A stretch of DNA of 64,000 nt from Nitrososphaeria archaeon (lineage in GTDB: Archaea > Thermoproteota > Nitrososphaeria > Nitrososphaerales > JACAEJ01). Below the pieces are notes generated by a model. The model ran no database searches. It was not told where the DNA came from and was given only the letters and a program-made list of their open reading frames with translations. Positions 30,090 through 40,558 of the stretch are shown one piece after another. How positions within the stretch are numbered: the first letter of the stretch is position 1; every line of letters begins with the position of its first letter. The position numbers and the translations under genes are program-made. The stretch is from positions 3,925 to 67,924 of the forward strand of contig JARVKB010000004.1 of assembly GCA_029775925.1 (NCBI GenBank). Reading direction: 5' to 3'.

Positions 30090-32212
30090 TGAATTCTACT
30101 ATGGAAGAGACGATAGAAGCAAGAGACCTTACTACTCGTCAATTAAATAAAGCGCTAAAAGAACTATTAAAAAAGACTAAAAGGATTATCATAAACGATC
30201 CTAAAGGCAAGCATCATATAGCAGCTGGACTTTGCCAAAAAGCTGAGATCGATATAAACGGTTCTGTTGGTTACTTTATAGGAACTATGATAGATGGACC
30301 AACGATAAGGGTTCATGGCAACGCTGGATGGTTTGCTGGAGATAATATAACATCAGGGGAAGTAATAATCGATGGGCATGCAGGTAATGGTGCTGGTCAA
30401 GGAATTTACGGTGGAGTTGTAGCAATAAAAGGAGACGCTGGCGATCGTGTAGGATCTTTAATGAAACGTGGAACTGTCATAATAGGTGGAAGCACTGGGA
30501 TAATGACAGGGTTATACATGATGGGTGGGAAGATAATAGTCCTGGGTAACCTTGGAGACTATGCTGGTGAGTCTATAATTGGTGGATGCATAATCTTCAC
30601 AGGTAATGCCACAAGTTTGGGTAAAAATGCAAAAATAGTCGAATTAGATCAAAATGAGGATAAAGCGATACGCATATTGCTTGAGAAATATGGTTTCGAA
30701 GCACCTTCATATTTTAGGAAGATAGTCCCAGAAAAACCCCGTCCTTTCCATAAAGAAGTTGAAAAAATAAAAGCGAAAGTAAGAAGAACTCATATGCACT
30801 ACCAAGTTTCTATAAACCAAACTCTTTGTAACAAATGCAAAGTCTGTATAAGTTTTTGTCCTAAAAAAGTGTTTGATCTTGTAGGAGAGAGAGTAGTCCC
30901 AGTCCGAAGCATAGAGTGTGTTGGATGTAGAGTATGCATAGAATACTGCCCAACTCATGCCATAGAGGTCGTGCCTATTCCATTAGATTCTAAATATATA
31001 TGGAATAATTATAGCATTGATGAAATACATCGTAAAGCAGAGTTAGGGTATCCTTTAGTTAGGGGGATGGGGGCCTGGAGGAAGTTTCCTCATTTTGATG
31101 ATTTAATTATACTTTGCGCTCAGACATCAAGACCACCTATAGATCATTACAGAGAGCCTTGCAACACCGAAACTGTAATTGGGACAAGGTTTGCTGAAAG
31201 GCCTTTAAAGCTTAAAGCACCAATACTCATAGGAGCAATGTCATTTGGTGCCATAAGTAAAGAAGCCAAGATAGCTATAGCAAAGGCTGCCTCGAACGTT
31301 GGGATAGCTGTTAATACAGGAGAAGGAGGAATGTTGCCTGAAGAAAGGGAGAATGCGTCGATCTTAATTTCTCAGTATGCTTCAGGAAGATTCGGCGTTT
31401 CAGCCCGTTATCTTCAGGTATCAGATGCTGTTGAGATAAAGATAGGTCAAGGTGCTAAACCAGGTCAAGGAGGACTATTATTAGGAGAGAAAGTAAGTGA
31501 GGAGATAGCTAGCGTTAGAGGGATACCTATAGGTACTGATGCCATAAGCCCAGCGCGCCATCTAGACATAGTAGGTCCTGAAGATTTGAAGATGAAGATA
31601 GAGCAGTTAAGAGAAGTTACAGATTGGAAAGTGCCTATAATGGTCAAGTACTCAGCAGGTAGAGTATCTGATGATGTAAAGATAGCAGCTAAAGCTGGAG
31701 CTGACATAGTTGTAGTGGATGGTAAACAAGCAGGTACAGGGGCTGCACCAGAGATTGTTCTTGAACAAGCAGGAATGCCAACACTTCTAGCTCTAGTAGA
31801 AGCGAACAAAGCCTTGAAGGATTTAGGTCTTAGAGATGAAGTCAACTTGGTAATATCAGGTGGAATAAAAAATGGTGCAGATATAGCAAAAGCTATAGCG
31901 TTAGGAGCTGATGCAGTGGCCATGTCCACATCAATTCTCATATCTATGGGATGCACTGTGTGTGGATTATGTAACACTGGTCTTTGTCCAAGGGGAATAG
32001 CTACTCAAGATCCTAATTTGAGAAAGAGATTGAAAGTAGATGTTGCTGCAATAAGAGTTGAGAATTATCTAAGAGCTACTATAGAAGAGCTTAGGATGCT
32101 GGCACAGCTAGCTGGGAAGACAGATGTTAGAAACTTTGAACCAGAGGACCTTAGGGCTATTACAGTTGATGTTGCTGCTATAACAGGTGTCAAGCTAGCT
32201 GGAAGAGGCTAA
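30077..32212 (+). CDS. gltB: glutamate synthase subunit: GXGXG + 2x[4Fe-4S] + FMN domain fusion
   Basis: GXGXG repeats, two CxxCxxCxxxCP, MSFGAIS, NTGEGG, KIGQGAKPG, CTVCGLCNTGLC. Confidence 0.9.
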   Translation: MEKVVNSTMEETIEARDLTTRQLNKALKELLKKTKRIIINDPKGKHHIAAGLCQKAEIDINGSVGYFIGTMIDGPTIRVHGNAGWFAGDNITSGEVIIDGHAGNGAGQGIYGGVVAIKGDAGDRVGSLMKRGTVIIGGSTGIMTGLYMMGGKIIVLGNLGDYAGESIIGGCIIFTGNATSLGKNAKIVELDQNEDKAIRILLEKYGFEAPSYFRKIVPEKPRPFHKEVEKIKAKVRRTHMHYQVSINQTLCNKCKVCISFCPKKVFDLVGERVVPVRSIECVGCRVCIEYCPTHAIEVVPIPLDSKYIWNNYSIDEIHRKAELGYPLVRGMGAWRKFPHFDDLIILCAQTSRPPIDHYREPCNTETVIGTRFAERPLKLKAPILIGAMSFGAISKEAKIAIAKAASNVGIAVNTGEGGMLPEERENASILISQYASGRFGVSARYLQVSDAVEIKIGQGAKPGQGGLLLGEKVSEEIASVRGIPIGTDAISPARHLDIVGPEDLKMKIEQLREVTDWKVPIMVKYSAGRVSDDVKIAAKAGADIVVVDGKQAGTGAAPEIVLEQAGMPTLLALVEANKALKDLGLRDEVNLVISGGIKNGADIAKAIALGADAVAMSTSILISMGCTVCGLCNTGLCPRGIATQDPNLRKRLKVDVAAIRVENYLRATIEELRMLAQLAGKTDVRNFEPEDLRAITVDVAAITGVKLAGRG

Positions 32213-32250
32213 TCTTAAAAGCTATCAATGTAAAGAATTCTATCGATATT

Positions 32251-32892
32251 ATGAAAGTTGACAAGGCAATACTGAGCCTGCTTGATAGAATACAAGAGAT
32301 TATAGCAGAAGCACATAAACTTGAAAACTTGGGTAAGAATCAAATAAATAACGTTTGTGCAGTAGATGTATCTTATAATAAAAAAGCGGTAGCTGTAGCA
32401 GTAATATGGAGTTGCTTAGAAAAGAAAGTAATAGAGGTAGCAAAATACATTGGCAAACCCTTTTTCCCTTACGTATCTGGCTATCTTTTCATGCGTGAAG
32501 CTCCTCTTATGATTTCAGCAATTAAAGCTCTTAAAGAGAATATAGATCTGATTTTGGTTGATGGGCATGGTATAGCTCATCCAAGAAGAGCAGGTCTAGC
32601 TGTTTTTGTAGGACTCACTTTAGAAATTCCTACTCTTGGCATTGCAAAGTCTCTTTTAGTTGGGAAGATAGGATCATTTGAAGGTATAATTGCTCCAATC
32701 TTGTTAAACAATTCCGTAGTTGGAATAGCTTTTAGAGTTCCTGAGACGGGTAAGATCTATTTCGCAAGTCCTGGGCATAAGTTAACTGTTGAAGATTCTA
32801 TTAATATAATTAAACATGAATACAAGAACCTAATAAAGGCTCTAAAGCTAGCTCATCACTCATCAAAATCTCTTTTAAAGGAAAGTAAATAA
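32251..32892 (+). CDS. nfi: endonuclease V
   Basis: DVSY, PYVSGYLFMRE, DGHGIAHPR, GIAK. Confidence 0.93.
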   Translation: MKVDKAILSLLDRIQEIIAEAHKLENLGKNQINNVCAVDVSYNKKAVAVAVIWSCLEKKVIEVAKYIGKPFFPYVSGYLFMREAPLMISAIKALKENIDLILVDGHGIAHPRRAGLAVFVGLTLEIPTLGIAKSLLVGKIGSFEGIIAPILLNNSVVGIAFRVPETGKIYFASPGHKLTVEDSINIIKHEYKNLIKALKLAHHSSKSLLKESK

Positions 32893-32902
32893 GCTTTAAG
32901 AT

Positions 32903-33625
32903 ATGATAATAAATAGCTTGAAGGATGAACCTAAGAATATAGATAGAGCATGGGAATTAAAGGTAGCGCATATACCTATACTTGTTGAGCTTTTACTATT
33001 AGGAGCAAAAGACACTCCTGTAAAGATTTCAACGATTGAAATCTCAAAAAGAATTGGTAAGTCTCAACAACTTGCCTCTAAGCATATATTAGAATTAGAG
33101 AGTGAAGGCTATATTGAAAGGTTTAAGAGTAATAGACAGTATAGCATAAAGCTAACTGAAAAAGGTTTAAACCAGCTCATGAAGCTTTATTTGACTTTAA
33201 AAGAAGTTTTTGAAGCTATTCCACAAACAATTGAAATTGAGGGTGAATTATTCTCAGGTATTGGTGAAGGTTCTTATTATGTATCCTTAGAAGGTTATAG
33301 AAGACAATTCATTAATAAACTTGGTTTTGATCCGTATCTTGGAACTTTAAACCTAAGACTTACATCACAAAAAGATAGAAAATTAAGGCGTGAGTTAGAG
33401 CATTATTTAGGGATAAGAATAGATAGCTTCAAAGATGAGCATAGAACCTATGGTGGAGCAAAGTGCTTTATGGCAGTTATTAGCGATCGAATTAAAGGTG
33501 CTGTAGGAATATTTGAGAGAACACATTATGATGATTCAGTCCTTGAAGTAATATCTCCAATAAACATAAGAAAGGAGTTAAACTTAAAAGATGGAGATAA
33601 AGTTAAGGTTAAGATCTTTTTATGA
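32903..33625 (+). CDS. ribK: CTP-dependent riboflavin kinase with N-terminal wHTH (RbkR type)
   Basis: SQQLAS HTH; SGIGEG, PYLGTLN, RTHY, EVIS. Confidence 0.93.
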   Translation: MIINSLKDEPKNIDRAWELKVAHIPILVELLLLGAKDTPVKISTIEISKRIGKSQQLASKHILELESEGYIERFKSNRQYSIKLTEKGLNQLMKLYLTLKEVFEAIPQTIEIEGELFSGIGEGSYYVSLEGYRRQFINKLGFDPYLGTLNLRLTSQKDRKLRRELEHYLGIRIDSFKDEHRTYGGAKCFMAVISDRIKGAVGIFERTHYDDSVLEVISPINIRKELNLKDGDKVKVKIFL

Positions 33626-33636
33626 GTTATTAAAGC

Positions 33637-34278
33637 TTAAAATTCATCAATAATTTTTTTATTTCCAATTATCTTAGAAGTCTTAATATCTGGCATTTTA
33701 GTCCCAAGCCTCACAAATTTTATAGACAAATCATGCTTTTTGGCTTCTTTTTCCAATTCTAATTCATCATACTTCTGATCATAGCCTAATGCGATTATAT
33801 CAGGCTTTACCTTAATAACACTCTCAAAAATATTAGCTTCGCTACCTAATATAGCAGCATCTACAAACTTTAACGATTTAACCAATTCTAACCTTTGTTC
33901 TTCACTGTTAAAAGGGTTACGCCCTTTATTCTTCAAAACTGTCTTATCCCTTGCTATTACTACCACTAAGACATCACCAAGACTCTTTGCAGAAGATAAA
34001 GTAAATACATGACCAGGGTGTATTACATCGAAAACTCCTCCAGTAAATACTACTTTAATATTCGATCTTCCTAAATTAGTAAGCTTAAACTCATTGTTTA
34101 ATTCTAAAATTAAGTCTTTTTCCTTCATTAAATCACATAACTTCCTCACATGATTTTCTTCTAGATTTAAATCCTTTGCTAACTCTTTAACAGTACTCTT
34201 CTTTCCAAGTAATGAGTTTAAATAAATTTTTATAATCAATTGCTTATATAATTCTTGCATTCTCTCGCCCAATTTCAA
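33637..34278 (-). CDS. ribL: FAD synthetase with N-terminal wHTH
   Basis: GVFDVIHPGH, ARD, LGYDQ; N-terminal TVKELAKDL...LTNLG. Confidence 0.85.
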   Translation of the reverse strand: MKLGERMQELYKQLIIKIYLNSLLGKKSTVKELAKDLNLEENHVRKLCDLMKEKDLILELNNEFKLTNLGRSNIKVVFTGGVFDVIHPGHVFTLSSAKSLGDVLVVVIARDKTVLKNKGRNPFNSEEQRLELVKSLKFVDAAILGSEANIFESVIKVKPDIIALGYDQKYDELELEKEAKKHDLSIKFVRLGTKMPDIKTSKIIGNKKIIDEF

Positions 34279-34336
34279 TTCTATACATAAATCTAAATTG
34301 ATTGATTAATATTGACAATATGCTAAGTTAAATTCA

Positions 34337-35386
34337 TTACCACTCTATCTCAAGTTCTTTAATAAATCTAAGAGAATCTAAAAGACCTTCTGCATATCCT
34401 ATGCTTAGAATAGCTAATTCATATTTACCCATGTTTAGAAACCTTTCTGCATCAGAAATGTAACACTCAACATTCTCAAAAAGATCGTTAAAATTCTTCT
34501 TTTCAGCTTCACTTCTCTCTCTAGCTTTTAATAAAGCCTTCCTAGCACTCATTACATATTTTTTTATCATATTGACAGCTAAGATTTTTGCTTTAGAAGA
34601 ATTATCAGTAATTTGCTCATCATCAATTTTCAATAAAGTTTTCAAGGCATCTATCTCTGTAAAATGGAGTTTTCCTGGTATTATTATAGCATGGGGAGGT
34701 TCACCATAATCCTTGTCGATTAAGCTTTTTATTTTTCCTCCTGATAAAATTTGGGATTCACTACCAATTCTTGAAGCTATTATCACAAAAGTTTCATCAT
34801 CAATGATACCTTGTTTAAAATCTTTTTCCATATTCAGTAAAGATTCTAAAGCTTCATTAGGTTTTAGAAAAAAGCCAGTAGAATGATCGTACTCTAAAAG
34901 TATTATAGTATGGAGAAAATGTGTTAAATTTTCATGGATAACTTCATAAACTGTAGCCCTTGGAGTCGATCCTGATTTCATTAAAGTTACTATCTTCCCA
35001 AATTTGTATACATGAAGACCTGTTTCACCAGGTAAAGCACAAAGAATTGATGAATTATGTATTACATGAGTTTTTATACCATATTTCTCAGCTCTTAACC
35101 TCAAATCCATATGAGTAGTTGCTACCATAGGGTCTCCTAATGCTATTAAAACTACATCCTTTTTTCTTGCTTGATTTATTATTTCAAGCCCGTCTTCAAT
35201 AAAATCTCTACCGACTGTTAATATTTCTTTGCCTATCAAGTTTTGAAGGGAATTTATTTCATATTGAGAAATAGGGCTCGTATATGCATCAAGATAGACC
35301 TTATCAGCCTTTTTTGCAATTTCTAAACTGATTAATGGTATTCCTTTTGCTCCATGTAACCCTAACCCTATGAAGAATAATGTCAT
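34337..35386 (-). CDS. dph5: diphthine synthase fused to DUF357
   Basis: IGLGL, YTS, GDPMVATTH, YKFG; C-terminal YISDA...GYAEGLLD. Confidence 0.93.
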   Translation of the reverse strand: MTLFFIGLGLHGAKGIPLISLEIAKKADKVYLDAYTSPISQYEINSLQNLIGKEILTVGRDFIEDGLEIINQARKKDVVLIALGDPMVATTHMDLRLRAEKYGIKTHVIHNSSILCALPGETGLHVYKFGKIVTLMKSGSTPRATVYEVIHENLTHFLHTIILLEYDHSTGFFLKPNEALESLLNMEKDFKQGIIDDETFVIIASRIGSESQILSGGKIKSLIDKDYGEPPHAIIIPGKLHFTEIDALKTLLKIDDEQITDNSSKAKILAVNMIKKYVMSARKALLKARERSEAEKKNFNDLFENVECYISDAERFLNMGKYELAILSIGYAEGLLDSLRFIKELEIEW

Positions 35387-35480
35387 TTTAATCCATTTTA
35401 TTCATAATCAAGATGCCTATAAATATCATGAAAGAGTGTTTCGTAGTAATTTTAAATAAGTGATTTTTCTTTTTGAAGAT

Positions 35481-35585
35481 GGGCCTGTGGCTCAGCCAGG
35501 TAGAGAGTCATCCTATAACGGCTGGCTCTTAACCAGACAGAGTAAATGGGTTAATAGGTCGTGGGTTCAAATCCCACCAGGCCCG
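35481..35585 (+). tRNA. tRNA-Lys(CTT) with two non-canonical introns (35506-35518, 35537-35554)
   Basis: Cloverleaf after removing 13 and 18 nt; anticodon CTT at 35528-35530; BHB-type junctions. Confidence 0.92.
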
Positions 35586-35692
35586 CTACTTTTGTTTTCA
35601 TAATTTTATAGTATAGTCTTCTTTAATCTCTTAAATGAATTAAGGTCTTTTAGAACGAAGATTGTCTTAATTTCTTCATATATTTCTTAAAT

Positions 35693-35730
35693 ATGTTAAC
35701 TTATTGATTTGATGTTAACTTATTGATTTG
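35693..35730. repeat. 19-bp tandem duplication ATGTTAACTTATTGATTTG x2
   Basis: Exact direct repeat. Confidence 0.9.
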
Positions 35731-36172
35731 AAACTGATTTTCATAAAATGCAAGCTCCATTCACTAAAGATAATGCAAACCTCATTTAGGATGAGAAATA
35801 GTATTTCTTAAGATCATATTAAAAAGAAGGAGTTTTCTGCTATAAATTTTAACAATATGGAGAGGGTATATAAAAACAATAGAGGATACTAATAGCATTT
35901 TACAATTTTCTCCTTAAGCATTTATTCTTAACTTTGTAGAAGAATAATTGGACCAAACAAAGATTTATTAAAAATAATTTTATAGGCTAGCTCCTAACTA
36001 AAAATACTGAACAAAGTTTTGATCTAAACTAATTTGTATTTAAACCTTAGACTTACTTGATAACTAATTAGTCAAAAATTTAATCCTTAAGAATATTGAA
36101 GAAGATTCAATTTTTATGATCTTTTAAAGAGATATGTTTTTATTTACTTAATAAAAGAATAAGGATGAGAAA

Positions 36173-36502
36173 ATGGCTTTAATAGAAGATGTATTTGGAA
36201 TAATTTCAGGTAGCATTTCTGGCATACCAACTATAGTTATAATGATTTTTCCCTTCATAGTAGGGCTAATAATTGGTTTCTTCATAAAAAAACTTCTTAA
36301 AATAATGATAATCATAGCAATTTTAGCATTAATAGCATCTTTCCTTGGTATCATTAGTCTTACCAACATAGCTAATGAGCTAGGATATCTTGTTTCACTT
36401 TACGGACCACAAGTTTACTATTACGTGTCTTTGGTTATAGGTATATTGCCACTTGGTATAGGATTCTTTATCGGCTTGATAATAGGATTTTTATTAAGTT
36501 AA
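36173..36502 (+). CDS. FUN14-like membrane protein
   Basis: GLIIGFFIKKLLKI...GII...LPLGIGFFIG pattern. Confidence 0.6.
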   Translation: MALIEDVFGIISGSISGIPTIVIMIFPFIVGLIIGFFIKKLLKIMIIIAILALIASFLGIISLTNIANELGYLVSLYGPQVYYYVSLVIGILPLGIGFFIGLIIGFLLS

Positions 36503-36555
36503 ATTCTCTTCTAATGATTAATATTCATAGCTTTTTATCAATATGAGATGAGAAC

Positions 36556-36858
36556 ATGGTCGAGGAGAGAGAAAAGATCATAATTAGTGTATTGATAGGG
36601 TTGTCACTAACTTTATTGATTATGAGTACTTTTTCTCATATATCACAAGAAATCATAATCTCATTTAATACTTTTTCAATTATTCCAGTATCAAAAGAAG
36701 GATTATCAGAAGGCATTTTTAATCAGAATATAGACATAACTCGACCTAGTTTATTACATCAGCTATCACCATCCGCTCTTATTAATTTGGCTTTAACTCT
36801 AATATTTGCACTATTTTTAAGCTCCATATTATTCTTTATCATTAAGATAAAATCATAA
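36556..36858 (+). CDS. hypothetical membrane protein
   Basis: N- and C-terminal TM helices. Confidence 0.6.
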   Translation: MVEEREKIIISVLIGLSLTLLIMSTFSHISQEIIISFNTFSIIPVSKEGLSEGIFNQNIDITRPSLLHQLSPSALINLALTLIFALFLSSILFFIIKIKS

Positions 36859-36902
36859 AAAGAATTAAATTGAAGTAATCATTTTATTGATATGAATGAT
36901 GA

Positions 36903-37826
36903 TTGTTAATAGAAGGAAATTACAGTAAATCTTCAAAGATTATCGTGCTATCATATATTACGCTTATTTTATTATTGATAAGTTTGATGATCCTTTCCTT
37001 TCCATTAGGTTTATACATAGTCTTTATTTCAGACCTTACAAAGAATTCGATTAACACTCTCGGAGAGTTCGCAGTTAACTTACTTAGAGGGTTGTTTACT
37101 ATTCTTTGGCTCTTTTATTTAGTTCTTTTTATCAAAGCTATTCAAGGGCCTCGTTTACCATTGAATAAAGTTCCGAGATTCGCTTTAAACCATGGACTTA
37201 AGTACATTTTTGATAACACTATATCTACATTAGCTGTAACTTTTTCAGCTCTTTTCTTTATTATCTTTTTCATCGGATTGCTACAAGAAAGTGCAGGTAT
37301 TCCGACAGGCTCTCTTCCCCAATTAGATCCAATTTTAATGTTCTTTGCAACTTCTATTGCCCCTATAGAGGAAGAAATAATTTTTAGAGTTGCTATTATT
37401 GGCACAATATCAATTATTCTTTTATTAGTAAAAGGAAGATATTTTAATCCCTTCAAGGTGTTATGGCATCCATCAAAGTACATCTTAGAGCTAGGAAAAA
37501 AAGCAGATATTAAGATCATTTACTTTTCTATCTTCATCAGTGGATTTTTATTCGGTTATGCACATATAGCATTTGGAGCAGGATGGGAGGTTGGTAAAGT
37601 AACCCAAGCCTCTTTAGCAGGCATTGTTCTAGGTTTGATCTATTTCTTTTACGGGTTTCACGGAGCGGTATTGCTCCATTGGTCTTTTAACTACTTTATG
37701 GATTCATTCTATTATTATGAAATTCTTACTTACTATGCTTTATTTATCTACATAATTATCTTTGGATTGGCTTCTATTATATTCTTTTTAATTTATTTTC
37801 TTAAGGGCAAAAAAGAATTAGTATAG
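36903..37826 (+). CDS. CPBP/Abi intramembrane protease
   Basis: EEEIIFR, FGYAH, HWSFN. Confidence 0.9.
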   Translation: MLIEGNYSKSSKIIVLSYITLILLLISLMILSFPLGLYIVFISDLTKNSINTLGEFAVNLLRGLFTILWLFYLVLFIKAIQGPRLPLNKVPRFALNHGLKYIFDNTISTLAVTFSALFFIIFFIGLLQESAGIPTGSLPQLDPILMFFATSIAPIEEEIIFRVAIIGTISIILLLVKGRYFNPFKVLWHPSKYILELGKKADIKIIYFSIFISGFLFGYAHIAFGAGWEVGKVTQASLAGIVLGLIYFFYGFHGAVLLHWSFNYFMDSFYYYEILTYYALFIYIIIFGLASIIFFLIYFLKGKKELV

Positions 37827-37903
37827 GATTTTATTATTTATTCTAAAATTTTTGATAGAATAGTTTAACACTAACCTTATGTATAGGTTTGCTGTGCCGT
37901 AAT

Positions 37904-38425
37904 ATGTGCATTTTGGGTAAAAGTGAGCTTATAAAACTGATAGAAAGATACAAGTGCATATACCCTTTCGATCTTGAGCTCGTGGATGGAGACGGTTATA
38001 TTTTAACAGTAAAGGAAGAGACCACTTTAAACTATCTAGAGCATAAGAATCTTATATCTTATGAGATTGTATTCACGCCACCCGGGTATGTTGCCCATTT
38101 AACTGCCAAGAGCAAATATGGACGAATGGGCTTATCTTTTTTAAACGCAGCAAAAGTTCATAGTGGCTTTGTTGGGAGATTAGCTCTTGAACTTGTCAAC
38201 CTTAGTAATGATAGGCAACCTATAACAATCAAAAGAGGAGATCCATTAATGCATATAGAGTTTATGACGAGAAAGGGTGATCCTAACCCTTATACTGGAC
38301 CTTATCTCTTTCAATATATGAATGATGAAGAGGTGAATATATACATAAACCTACTTTCCAGTGATTTTAAAGATCTTTATCCAAATCTAAAGATTTTAGC
38401 TGAGAAGAGATTAGGAAAAGCATGA
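37904..38425 (+). CDS. dCTP deaminase/dUTPase-like protein
   Basis: KSKYGRMGL, VHSGFVGRLALELVN; ATG at 37904. Confidence 0.85.
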   Translation: MCILGKSELIKLIERYKCIYPFDLELVDGDGYILTVKEETTLNYLEHKNLISYEIVFTPPGYVAHLTAKSKYGRMGLSFLNAAKVHSGFVGRLALELVNLSNDRQPITIKRGDPLMHIEFMTRKGDPNPYTGPYLFQYMNDEEVNIYINLLSSDFKDLYPNLKILAEKRLGKA

Positions 38426-39004
38426 TTGGGAAAAACGATATTAAATAATGATTCCATAATTTTGATAGAAATGACAAGCAAATTTAACGAAGACGGTAAA
38501 TCGGCCGGTAAGACCGAAGATCAGATAAGAGAAGCAAAAATTTTTGCTTCAAGGCTTCAAAGAGCAATAAGCACAGGTCACACAACACAGAGTAAAATGA
38601 GAGAAGTTAATAAATTCATTAGCCATCGCTTGATCACTAAGACGGCTTCCATTCTTCAAAACATAGACAATCTTGCAAAAGAAACTCGAAGTATAACAAT
38701 AAAGGAGGATTTTAACAGAATTTACATAAAACTTCTTAGTATTTTTAATGAGTTTAAGCTTATGGAAAGTAAGGGATATGAGACCATGGTAAGATCAGGA
38801 AAGGTAGATGTAGATAGATTGAATGATTTAATAGATGTGGACACAGAATTATCAAACATGGTTGTTTTACTTTACGAGTTTGTTGAAAGATTATCGTTAA
38901 AAAAATCTACCAAAGTTAATGAACGTAAAGAAATTTTACATATGTTGGATGATGTGATTCTAGCTTTGAAGAGGCGTAATGAAATCATAAAAACAAAGAT
39001 TTAG
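38426..39004 (+). CDS. hypothetical helical protein
   Basis: Long ORF; true start possibly ATG 38471. Confidence 0.7.
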   Translation: MGKTILNNDSIILIEMTSKFNEDGKSAGKTEDQIREAKIFASRLQRAISTGHTTQSKMREVNKFISHRLITKTASILQNIDNLAKETRSITIKEDFNRIYIKLLSIFNEFKLMESKGYETMVRSGKVDVDRLNDLIDVDTELSNMVVLLYEFVERLSLKKSTKVNERKEILHMLDDVILALKRRNEIIKTKI

Positions 39005-39189
39005 AATCAATTAACATGATGCAGAAACAATTGGATTCTTCACTAATATAATCGTCTAATAATAAACTTGTGAGCGAAAAGATATATTTCATTTTCTCTT
39101 TTATAATAATACCTTTTTCTAAAAGAATTTGGGAGTGGAGTTTTTAGTATCTTCCAAAAGTAATCCTTTAGATTTAAGTAGTTCGATGA

Positions 39190-39483
39190 CCCTTCGATAA
39201 CGCTTTCCAATCGCTTCTCCTGACAAGCGTTAACGTAATTTTTTCCAACATAAAGATAATATTAGGCAGTTGTTTCTAAGGATGCAGCCAGTTGCAACTT
39301 GCACACCATCCGCAAAACAGTTGTTGCACTCAATGATGGCCAGAACACCCTCCAACAGTCTCCGTTTCGCTAGCCTTTCCTACTCTAAGCCTTTTCATCG
39401 CGATCTCAGAAGCCCTCAAACCCAAAATCAAAAAGGGGCATATATGTCCATGAAGCTCCTTTGCCTTCTCAATCAAAGCAAAT
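39190..39483 (-). pseudogene. FmdE-family protein remnant
   Basis: KAKELHGHICPFL..GLRA and, in another frame, AIIECNNCFADGVQVATGC; frameshifted and truncated. Confidence 0.8.
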
Positions 39484-39619
39484 GCTAATTTATTTTGGCG
39501 CGTGTGAATTTGAACCTTTTATGGATTGTGGGCTCTTACGAAAATCCCTTCTTTCAATATGCATAGTTAGCTGAACTGAATAAAAAAATGTTAAATAACG
39601 ATCAAATAGATTTATTTTC

Positions 39620-40558
39620 ATGAAATCTAGGGCAAATGCAATTCTCGTGCAAAATTTAACAAAGAAGTACGGCGACGCGAGGTTCTCAGAAGTGTGGATC
39701 TGAAAATAGAGGAGGGTGAATTCTACGCATAATGGGACCAAACGGCTCTGGGAAAACTACGCTTACGTCTATAATTGCTTCGGTGAGAATACCAACGAGC
39801 GGAAGGGTTGAAATTTACGGTAAACCTCCCGAGAACGCAAAAGAACTTATTGCCTATATTCCTCAAGAAAACTTCTCTTCGACGTTGCTAACTGGAAGGG
39901 AGAATTTAATGTATTTCGCTGGTTTACTCGGCTACTCAAGAAACGAAGCAAAGAAGATGGTTTCAGAGATTCTGGAAAAAATTGAGCTTACTAAGGGTGC
40001 AGACAAGAGGGTCTATACATATTCTGGAGGAATGCGGAAAAGGCTTGAGATTGGGACAGCGCTTTTCCCATCAATTAAAATCTTCATTTTAGACGAGCCT
40101 ACTACAGGTGTTGATCCGTTGGGTCGAAGAGATTTTCTCGGCATACTTAATGATTTGAGAAAGGAGGGCATAACCGTGCTAATGACCACCCACATAGGGG
40201 CAGATGCTGAAGCGGCATCAAAAGTTGGTTTGATGGACAAAGGTCGAATAATCGCAGAAGGCGAATCTGAGGAGTTGAAAAATAAAGTTGGACTTCAGAA
40301 CGTGGTGAACGTGGAAACTTCGATAAAGAGCAAAAAAGTCTCTGACATCTTATCCGCTTCAACGAGGGCAAAATGCCACTTGAAACTGAGACAGGATACA
40401 GAATCTACTCAAATAAGGCAGAGGAATCTACTCCTAAAATAGTTAGAATGCTTGATGGAATAGGTTACAAGGTAACCAAAATAGAAACGGTTAGACCGTC
40501 ACTTGAAGATGTATTCTTCAAGTTAACTCAGAGAAGCCTAAAAAGTGGTGAGCCTTAA
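39620..40558 (+). pseudogene. ABC-2 exporter ATPase, frameshifted
   Basis: NLTKKYGD / EVLRSVDL.IEEGE / GPNGSGKT..YSGGM..DEP / PSLEDVF pieces separated by about three shifts. Confidence 0.85.

Noticed and set aside
39494-39516. GGTTCAAAT...CCA on the minus strand as a possible att copy of tRNA-Leu
   Set aside because: Only about 9 nt identical, and it falls in the likely 5' part of the FmdE remnant
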